DNA of 64,000 bases from Enoplolaimus lenunculus (taxonomy: Eukaryota), in contig JASANG010003130.1 of assembly GCA_030248215.1 (NCBI GenBank), positions 62,001-126,000 on the forward strand, read 5' to 3'. Of this stretch, positions 54,247 through 64,000 are shown in pieces. The position numbers were made by a program, and so were the translations under genes. The notes beneath the pieces are model-generated. The model saw nothing but the letters and a program-made list of their open reading frames with translations, made no database searches and was not told the origin of the DNA. The number at the start of each line of letters is the position of its first letter. The first letter of the stretch is position 1.

Positions 54247-55799
54247 CTCGCAAGCATGAAAGTTTAAGGATACCGGCATATATTTTTAAGTCAATTATAG
54301 AGGCATCGGTCTAATTTGGTGAAGCGTGCTTCATGTGCTACATATCCGCATATTCATGGCCGTAAGGTACTTTTAATGTTGCTTCTTAAACTCATCGTCA
54401 AGGTGTAAACAAAGACCTGTAGCCAAAGTAGACCAAAGGTGCTCGAACTCTTTCGAAAATGAGGCCAATAGAACAGGACCGTAACAGTACTACAAGCTTA
54501 TTTCTAAGTTTAAGCCTAAGCCTAAAACCAAAGCCTAGGTGTAAGAATGAGCTTATCCCGATGGTACGGAATTTCACTGACCTCCGTACGAAAAACCCGG
54601 TTTAATCACGAAATATATTTTTGGTAATAACCTCACCTGAAATCATGACATTAGCAGCAAACGCGCAATGCGGATTTCGTTTGCGAGTATATTTTCGCGC
54701 GGAGCCAGAGATCGCAAAAAATTCAAACTTTATCAAGGGAACGATTTTTCTAGCTTTCCTTTGCTTGAACCATTTAATCATGGCGCTGTTGTTAGACCCT
54801 GGTTAATTAACAAAATCGTATATTTGTCATTTATTGATAGGCGACTAAGAACTCTACGACAACTCGTCACTCGATAACATGTATCTGTACAGTTGCCGAA
54901 ACCCATGCCTAAGCTTAAGCCTAAGCCTAAAAACGAGGGCGATAAATTGTTTGGCCAATGAGATGTCGGCGGGTTACTAAATGGCGGTCGACGAGTTATC
55001 TGGGTGACGAAATGTCGTGATACCGTGTGACGCACATTTAAAAATACGACAATTGAATACGAAAAGTATAACTTGGTGACATGAGTATTTCAACTGAGGG
55101 AAATGATCCGTTCAATGCTGACGATTTGTTATGCATAATTTTTGCGTTGGCGAAAACTGTAGCAGAAATTCTAGAAAACATAAAACAATTAAGATAATGT
55201 TTTGTTTTGAAACTATAGTTTGCGTAATATATTATTGAACAAAAGCAAATTTGATAAACTGTTCTGATTTTTATCTTCTCTCGCCAACGCTGTTTTGAGA
55301 AATAGTTAACCAAATATCATCAATTAGTTCAAATTTTAATAGTTTGTTGTGTTTCTTGATTTCCGAGAGTTTATTTTATTTGGGTGGCGCCGTAAGTTTC
55401 TGTTCTCCAGGGCTTTGTCCCGCTAAACATTTTCCCTAAACAGTTTATAAGACCTGTTGTGTAGAAATTTGTTGAAACGAAAACACATAACCTGTGAACC
55501 AGTTTTCATCACAGAAATCATTTTTAAAAAAAACAAGCGAGTCGTTACCTAATTCACGCTTTAAGCTTACAAAATTAGACATTATTACATCTTCACTCAT
55601 TCTCAACCAAACCTGCTGTTGTAAACTTGGCCATTCCAAAATCATAGTTAACCCTTCTCACATTGAGTTGCCTGTAGGCAACTCAGCGCAGTGTATATAC
55701 GTTAAATAGTATATATCGCACCGTATTTAACAATTGCAACACGTATACAAAGTACTAAATCACCACAAGACGCGAGAGCCCCCTTGGGCTCGGGCGTCA

Positions 55800-55866
55800 A
55801 GCTCCTATAGCTGAGTGGTGATGGTATTCGCCTCCCACTCCAGTTACTGGAGTTCGAATCCTATCA
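55800..55866 (+). pseudogene. tRNA-like pseudogene or SINE head
   Basis: A-box TAGCTGAGTGG and B-box GAGTTCGAATCC. Stems pair poorly. Confidence 0.5.
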
Positions 55867-58523
55867 TAAAAGTAGGTCTCAGGGGAAATAGAAAATATGC
55901 ATGTGAGAAAGGGTTAATATTGTTAATACGCTGTTAAACAATTATCATCCGACCACTAATTAACAACCACTACTTACCATTTCCGTTTTTGAGTTACCTT
56001 CTGCCTCATATTCTTGACAGAATTACGGAAACAAAAACCCATACACATTCCCCACATTTAAGGTTAAACTACCGTTTCTAATGGGTGTACGCCCAATGTT
56101 AACGCAAAGTTTCAAGCCTATTCTTGACAGCATAGCCGTTTGCTGAACACTAAGGTTTACGTATTAAAGCCGAAGTGCAATGGGGGAACTGTAACAGAGC
56201 CAAACTTGGAAATATCGGAAATAAAATAATTGTAATACTACCCATTTTGAAGTTTAAAATTGGTGTCTTACCATTGTATCTTAATAAAAATCTACTGTTT
56301 GAAGGCAGGCTTTCAGAGGACGCAGATTAGCTTACATTTAGCCGGGTCCGTAGCCAAAGGGGGGCCCAGGACGCTCTGCCATTTCCGTGCGAGAAATTTG
56401 GCCACCTCTACCAAATTTCCAACGTTGCATGTATAAGTCAATGAAATTCCTTGGCTGTCAAACGTGAAAAAAATTTTAACCCCCACCATAAGCTGAACAG
56501 GCTACAGGCCTGCATTAGCTGTTCGCTGTGAGTTGCTTAAAAACCTTCTAATACTGTCTTAATGACAATCTCAATCACAGTTTGAAGTTTCCGATATAAA
56601 TTCAAATCGAAAGGGATTGTTTAATTCAATATTTTTTACTTGGATTTAAAATATTTTTAATCTAAACTATTAACATTTAAAGTAAACACTGTTTAGTTTG
56701 TTTTATCATAACGACGTGTCACATTCAGCGTGGACCAGAGTTATATTTGTTTTGGGTGTTTTATTCACATTCTTTTGTCTTAATATTTCAAAATTTAAAA
56801 AGCTTAAAAGCTATATTTAAAATGTATTTTCTAAGTATTGAACTCATACAGGCTTCGTGAGATAATTGTAAATAGCATAAACGCACATCGCCCAATATGG
56901 ATTGGATTCGTAGCCGAGGGGGGCTATGGGGGCTCAGACCCCTGGAAAAATTTTGCCACCAAATTTTTAACCTTGCTTGTCAACGAAATCCCTTGTATGC
57001 ATCTCATGTAATTTTTCTCGCTCCTGCTATCAAAGCGAGTTGGCTACGGGCCTGTATTCTGTAAACAATAGGAAACGAATTCTCGCCGTGTTGAATTTTT
57101 TACCTCAAAGGTAAGCTAAAATCTCTTTTCAGCAGTTTGTCTATCTATTAAACTGTTTTGTTTGTCGAATTGAGTTCAGTTTAAAACTGAATTAAATAAA
57201 TTAAAGTCGCGACAAGACATTAATTATAATCATGTTATAAAATATAAAATATATGAAATTAAAAATAGCTCAAAATCTGCAAATTTTTGGTTATTTCACT
57301 GAGATTTTAATTGGACAGATGGGGCAAGTTTTTTTGTCGAAGGCCCATTCGACAGATTGAAATAATGACCAGATGGCTGGGGTGAGGTTTTACAGCCACA
57401 ACCGGTTCCACTATTACCTCTGACACAACGAGCAACAGTGAAATACCTACCTGAGTTAATCTTATCTGATTTGGCAAAATGAGGATTAGTCGCGTCTAAG
57501 GCAAATATCGGTATTTTTTCTTTATTTGTACCGGATAAAAGAATGCCGCAGCTATATGTCTAAATGTTTAGATAACAAAAATACTCTTACACCACTTTGG
57601 CTTATTAATAAGTTAAAAGCGAGCCTTTTTATATTTTCAGTGTTGCAAAACGACTTATAAAATCTTATTGTGTTAGCGTAGACTTTAATGTTACATTTGT
57701 CTGAAGATTTATAGAAATGGCGGAACTCTCAAAAGCGTGAAGCGTAGAATCTCTACACCTTTTCTATGCTAGCGTTAATAGTTTTCGATCAAAAAATGAA
57801 AAACTTTACAACAAAATATATTCAAATTCAAACAGATTCTACTTGTAAAGAGTCGTATTTCATGCTTCGGTTATTATGATCTCAAATTATTGGCGTATCT
57901 TTTACGGGTTTTTTCCTATAGGTGGATGTATAGACTAGAATTCAATAACAAAACATGACGTTGAAATAAAGTTGTGTACTGTACGATCACGTAGCTAGAG
58001 AAGGGGGCCAGGGGCGGTCAACCCTCCTCGAAGAATTTTAGCCCTTACCGTAGAAGCATTTTTAACCTCGCTTATAAGTCATCGAAACCCCTTGTATGTT
58101 TCTCGTGAAAATTTTTTAGCACCACTAGCAAGGTGGGTGGCTACAGGTATGGAGCTGTATATAGTTACTAGTTGTTGTTCAACAGTCACAACTTCCTTGT
58201 TCCCGTCCTGCTCTATCCACTGACATAGACGTGTGTCAAGTCAGCTCTATCTTTTCAGGGGGGGGGGACAAAAAATTCAGGAAGGTTTTGCATGAATGTC
58301 AAATCACTCAGAAACGGAGCTAAAAAATTTTCCAGAAAGCAAGATTTTTCTAGGGTAGCTGAACCACCCGTGGGCACCCTTTGGCTACGGGCTTGGAAAC
58401 ACTGCTATTCTCAGGAAATCATTTCAACTCAGTTTTAAATGGTTGTTTTATACTTAACAATACTTGACTTAGGATTTAAAATTTTTGAACCTAAACTTCA
58501 GTCCATAACTTACTCTAATACAG

Positions 58524-58837
58524 CCGCCCTGATTGTGTCCGAATGCCATTTATAATTGATACTACAACTGCTTCGTACAGATTCAGCAATTTGGCAGAAA
58601 ATTCAATCGCAAAGAAAATTCCATTTTTGTCGAAAAAACGAGGTGGCGGCAGCGCCACGGCGTCTGGTGCAACAGGAGGTGCGGCGACAAATCTGAGCGC
58701 TGGAGCATCGACAACTCAACAAGCAACGACAGCATCAACAGGGGTTGAGAGTGGAACGCAAGTGAACGCAACTTCTTCCGCGACTGATGATTATCGCTCG
58801 TGGGCGGTGTCGTTTGATAATTTGTTGTCGAGCAAAC
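58524..58837 (+). CDS. RGS gene, coding exon 5 (linker plus start of RGS domain, YRSWAVSFDNLLSSK)
   Basis: ATACAG acceptor ending at 58523, phase 2 (alternative in-phase acceptor ending at 58580). WxxSFxxLL is the RGS helix-1/2 motif. GTAAGT donor at 58838, phase 1. Confidence 0.85.
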
Positions 58838-59337
58838 GTAAGTTTATCAATTTTGCTGGACAAATTTAGGCAAAAATGAGCGATGCATCTTGTCAGCAAC
58901 CAGCAACGCTAAAAGTTTTACTATTTAAAAGCTCACAATGTGTTTTTTGACTAAAATAGCTTAAAAATAGTTAAAAAACAGGTTGCACTAACTGTTGCAA
59001 TTCATGAACGCAAAACCATCATCTTGTTGTTGTTGTTGTTCTTCTTCCTCCGACAACTCATGGATCCACCACTGTGACTCTGTAGGACGATTAGTCGAAA
59101 CATCTATCGGGTATTGGTATATACAACCATAGTTTCGCAATACAAATCAACAAATCATTATCGAAATAAATAAATTATTTGCAACATGGCAAGACAAATG
59201 ACAAATGCCATAATCAGAGCCTCAAACACCTCATATTGACAGCAAAGCACACGTGTGTAGGTATGACTTAAGTAGATTCAACTTCAGCGTGAACAATACA
59301 TCTACACGTATGCGTGTACCGGAAAAAATAGTTCATA

Positions 59338-59400
59338 CGGCTGCGTGGTGTAGTGGTAGCATGCTTTGTTCTTACGCAAATGGTCCGAGGTTAAATTAAC
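59338..59400 (+). pseudogene. Truncated tRNA-like fragment
   Basis: GGCTGCGTGGTGTAGTGGTAGCATGC A-box region and a degenerate GGTTAAATT B-box. Confidence 0.4.
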
Positions 59401-59435
59401 TTTTTAGCAAATTGTTTGACAGGCATATCGTCTAA

Positions 59436-59583
59436 CAGGGCCAGAGCAGCCATTCCCCATACCGAAGTAAAAACCCGTCAGTCTTTAAAATGCGTCTGGC
59501 TTCTCGCTCACTTCGCTGGCGAATTTAGGGGCCCCACCCTGAAGTTTAGGGTAGGGCCCTCAACCCTGTCTGCCCCAGCACTG
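59436..59583. mobile_element. hAT-like MITE family B
   Basis: CAGGGCCAGAGCAG ... CTGCCCCAGCACTG. TSD tcgtctaa/tcgtcaaa. Confidence 0.8.
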
Positions 59584-59635
59584 TCGTCAAACGTGCGGTT
59601 TGCAACAGAAGTTATGTACAATTTTAATTTTATAG

Positions 59636-59799
59636 GAGGCGTCGAATTGTTTCGTTTGTTCCTTCAACGTGAATTTAGCGATGAAAATATTGAATTTTGG
59701 CTCGCTTGTGAAGATTTCAAACGACTAAAACCAAACAAAATTGACGACAAAGCACGTGAAATTTATTGCAATTTTGTTGCGATACAATCACCTCGACAG
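59636..59799 (+). CDS. RGS gene, coding exon 6 (RGS domain core, GVELFRLFLQREFSDENIEFWLACEDFK...QSPRQ)
   Basis: Hallmark FL..EFS.ENIEFWLACEDFK motif. TTTTATAG acceptor, phase 1. CAG|GTATAA donor, phase 0. Confidence 0.95.
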
Positions 59800-60702
59800 G
59801 TATAAAACGCATGTTTTGTCAAAGCTGTTTGATGCTCATTAGTAAGAGTATTTGAGCTTGCTGGGTATTTTCGTTTCAAGAAAAATGTACCCGTCTCTCG
59901 TTCCACACCTATTTTTAGAGGGGGTCAAAAAGTTTGTGTCAATAGAAATAATGCCCGGCAACCAGCTTGCAGTAAGCATAATCAGCATATTCTTAAAAAT
60001 CGCGATAAGATTAGTGCATATTCAATGTAAAATCAACCACTCCCATAAGTACAATGGAGTAAAGCCCGCAAACACAACGCGCGTTGGTACATTTTGTGTC
60101 CCGCTACTCCTGTTAAGTTGCATACTCTTGTTTAACAGTTATCGACTCTTTGCGAACAGAGATACTATATTTTTCAACTGTGGGCGCTGAAAAGCAAAGT
60201 CCTTAAAAGAGTACATGAGCGGAACCAAAGGGACGTATGCCCGAAGATTAGATGACCTGGAAAGGTAGTCAGACTATTATGAATGTTTTATTTGTAGATA
60301 ATACAGTTTTCGATAAATGAAATTTAAACGCTTCCATCGAAAGCAAAAATAAAACACCTATTGAGAGCTTATAGACCGCGTTCTGCCTGTGAAGTAAATC
60401 TTTAGACCTTCAGGCAAACTATTAACTACTATTCATTTCCGTCAAACTGTTGGCCTCTGTTCTCACATGGAATTGGCATTGGAGACCCGCCGCCCAACTC
60501 TAGATATGTTTCTGTTAGGTAAAGACATGTGTCCTCATGCGCCCCCTATAGTCATATTGGGTTTACGCAAACATTCCCCAACATTCTCAGACCAAGTGAG
60601 AAGTTTTTGAACGGCCTGCTTAAAATCGTTTTTTCTAAGTATATATTTTCACGAAGGTAACTCGAAAATTTATCGAGCTTCGACCGGAAATATACCTGCA
60701 TA

Positions 60703-61118
60703 CAGGGCCAGAGCAGCAGCCACCCCCCATACCCCCCATTTTGGGGGGCCAGCCCTATTGGAGCCCACAGCCGACCCGGTTGAAACAAAAACCGCCTAAG
60801 TTTTAAAATGCGTCTGGTTTCTCGCTCGCTTCGCTCGAGAGTTTGCGGGTCTCTACCCTGAAATTTGGGGGAGCCCCCACCGCTCATTGCTCTAATCGAA
60901 CTTCGATTGGAAATATACTGCATACGGGGCCAGAGCAGCCACCCCCCTACTTCCCATTTTGGGGGGCCCACCCCTAATAGGGTTCCCACTCGAACCGATG
61001 AAACAAAAACCGCCCAAGTTTTAAAATGCGTCTTGTTTTTCGCTCGCTTCGTTCGAGAGTTTGCGGGCCTCTACCCTGGAATTTGGGAGAACCCCCACCC
61101 CTGCCTGCTTCAACACTG
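60703..61118. mobile_element. hAT-like MITE family B, tandemly duplicated
   Basis: Perfect TSD cctgcata at 60695-60702 and 61119-61126. Two ~220-bp units. Confidence 0.85.
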
Positions 61119-61529
61119 CCTGCATACCTCTGAATTTGGGTATTGTATTGCGCGAATTTGGTTAATTCTGTGAATTTCAACTGCGACACTTTTAACAGCT
61201 TCGAGACAGTGTTCGACATTGTGCACAATTAATGGGCTGTGTCCCACTTGCAGAAATGTTGTAGGTTTCAACTTTTTTCTCTACCCACCCCCAGTTGCTC
61301 GATCATGCACGCGCCTTCCGCTATATTAGGCATACCATCCCATACCTTGCGTTCTGCAGCTGCTTCAATCTTAATTTGTTACCGGCGCCAATAGAACACT
61401 GCCTCACTTAAGCTTCGTTGAAGGTTAGATAAGACGCAATATTTTAGTGGTAATTTCGGTGCCGGCCTCCTGTATGTCAATTTTTTCGGTACGCCACGGT
61501 AAAAGCCTAAAGCTGTATTGTTCTTTCAG

Positions 61530-61700
61530 GTCAATTTGGACTCTGAAACACGAGAATACACCACTGAAGCGATCTCAGCGCCAACCAAAGCCACATTCGA
61601 TCGTGCACAAGCGCGTATTGTCGCATTAATGGACAAAGACTCGTATCCGCGCTTTCTTAAATCAGAGCTTTATCTCAATTTGTCTAATAGCAAAACTTGA
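61530..61700 (+). CDS. RGS gene, last coding exon (VNLDSETRE...MDKDSYPRFLKSELYLNLSNSKT*); R4-subfamily/RGS3-like
   Basis: VNLD...F..AQ..I..LM.KDSYPRFLKS is the RGS C-terminal signature. TTCTTTCAG acceptor, phase 0. TGA stop. An intron before VNLD is typical of R4 RGS genes. Confidence 0.95.
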   Translation, partial: VNLDSETREYTTEAISAPTKATFDRAQARIVALMDKDSYPRFLKSELYLNLSNSKT

Positions 61701-64000
61701 TCCTTAAGTTCTCGACTCATTTTTACGTGTGTTTGAGTGAATTCATAAAGCATCAACCTATCATTGAACATATTTCCAATACACATTCCTGTTCTTGAAT
61801 CTTACTGGTTGATAATGACACCGTCACAGAATGCAACATGACAATGGGAACAGATTTGGTTTTAGTATGGACGTCATAGGCCGTCTGCGTATAATATTGA
61901 TATGCTGCACATCACCGATTACAACACGAGTATGGAGACGGATATGGCTTTAAATCGACGTCATGTTTGTTCTTAAATCTGCCTGGCTGATGATGACATC
62001 ATCACAGAGTTAAAAAAATAAGTTCATGAATTTCATTGGCTGAAAGTGATATCACCGATCGCAACAGGAGTGGAGACAAATTTGGTATTATGACGTCACT
62101 AACGATCCGTGCTGAAATCTATATTTTCAAATGGGTTTATTGTGTAGCATGTATGTTCAATTTGTATTTGAACCAATTGATTGTGAGCTCCAAGTTTAAT
62201 ATACGTTTATTGCCCTGAATTTATCCCGCTGTAAAGTCAAATTTCGCTGCGAAGGGTTCACCGTTGGCCGATTCAAAACCTATATCTAACTGGCAAAGAG
62301 CGCTAGAGTTGAGAATAATACGGCAAGCTGATTGGCTGACAATAACATCATTCAAAAATTCAACGTGACAATGACATCATAAACACTAGTTTAAACTGTG
62401 TTCCTTTAAAATGACATCATCTGCGCCATAGTTTACGAATGCCGCGAATGGTCATTTGCAACTTCTCGAATAATGGTTGCTAGACCGACTGATATGCGGA
62501 CGGCAAAAAAGGTGCCGGAATACATTGAATACGGCATAAATAGCTTACTACCTTGAGCTTGCAACATGCAGTTTTATAGTTTGTGCTGCAAAATTGCCAG
62601 AAAAAAACTAAAATCATTCCAGATTATTTAAATGTTGACAATTACTGTATTTCTTTGAAATATTTATATGTTGAAATTTTTAGATTGAAAGTATTCTTCA
62701 ATTGCTGTATACGCGTTGTGTGCTAGTGATATACAGGACACCACATACTTGTGTAACACCTACACGAACGGACGGTCGTAACGTAATAATGTGGCATATT
62801 TTTGCGGTCAGTGGTGTACCTTTTTAAGTTGTTATACAATATTTGAAAACTTAAGTCATTTCGTAAAAAAATCTCTAAGACACAGTTTTGTTGCGAAGCC
62901 AGTGGAGTTAAAATAAATTTAGATAAAATTCAGTGATTTGAATGCAAAATTTTATTTGAAACATTTTAGTTATAAAATTTTTCAAAATCATTATTATTTT
63001 AACCAACTTCACCGTCAGGCCAGTAGCCAGCTCACCCAAGGGCGTCGCCACGGTGGGCCCTTGGGGGGCCATACCCATCCAAATTTGGCTGGTTCCCTCA
63101 AATTGATTTGGTGTAAAAGTAAACAATTTTGAGTTGCAATTGTAGGGATGCCACGAAATTGTTTGGCGTCCCACAAACATAATTTTCTGCGGACACCCCT
63201 GAGCTCACGTTGCTAAACGGAGGGCTGAGGCCCCCGAGTCGCCCTCTGGCTACGGGCCCGTATACGATGACTTATAATTATTTCACTCTATAAGTTTACG
63301 CCCAAATTTGAATTCTATTTTTGGTTATCAATAGGGCCATATTTGTATTTACTGTAAAAATATGTCTTTGCCTTTTGGTATCGTGATTTGGTTAAAGCAT
63401 TGTATTTGTAGAACAAATTGTTCTTGTTGCAAAAAATGTAGTTTATTACATAACGAATACGCTGTATATTTACATATATTTCGGAGCCAGTGCATCTTTT
63501 CCACAACATTTTACCGCTGGCCCGTAGTCAGAGGAGATTCAAAAGGGCTAAGTCCCCTGAAGAATTTTGGTCCCTTTGGAAAATTTTTTAACTTTGCTGG
63601 TAAGGCATCAAAAGCAAGTGTATGCCGCTCCTGAAAATTTTTAGCCCCACCTAACATGGTGAGCTGGCTACGGACGTGCATCACCGATATGGTTAGGCAG
63701 AATAGTGATTGTTGCCGTAACTTGGTATACCGCTATACGGCGCAGTTGGTGTCGTGGCTACGACCATATATCCTACAGTACTGCAGCTGCAAATGTGCAA
63801 CTCTGCAGTCAAATAGTATTTTTTGATACGGTGGACTTAGTTAGATATCTCATGGAATAGCAGATTTAAGCCGTTTTCACATATGTAAGTTTTTACAGCG
63901 AGAACTTACAGCTTGAGACCATGCAAATGGAAGGTCTGATAAATGGGTTTTCTAAAACTTTTTAATGTGAATAACACTTTTAAGTGTTTTTTGTAAACGG

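Noticed and set aside
59416..59635. N-terminal part of the ORF containing RGS exon 6
   Set aside because: It lies upstream of the acceptor at 59635 and runs through a MITE, so it is intronic.
60552..61228. Mutually similar ORFs here and at 20694 and 25372
   Set aside because: The similarity comes from family B MITE DNA, not from a protein family.

Overview
AT-rich eukaryotic (invertebrate-like) genomic DNA, not prokaryotic. One protein-coding gene is supported: a + strand, 7-exon RGS (regulator of G-protein signalling) gene from about 14564 to 61700. Its GT-AG junctions join in phase into a ~744-aa protein with a long Ser/Thr-rich N-terminus and a C-terminal R4/RGS3-type RGS domain. The rest is intron and intergenic DNA crowded with short non-autonomous transposons: hAT-like MITEs with 8-bp target-site duplications (TSDs), TA- and TTAA-flanked MITEs, palindromic CAC...GTG elements, Helentron/DINE-like elements and tRNA-derived repeats. 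The most unusual structures are (i) a MITE family with GGCC termini and 8-bp TSDs whose cargo is blocks of TTAGGC, the nematode-type telomere repeat, and (ii) an apparently perfect 238-bp inverted repeat at 8098-9280. I found no transposase, CRISPR array or rRNA. All alignments were done by eye, and repeat boundaries without a stated TSD are approximate.
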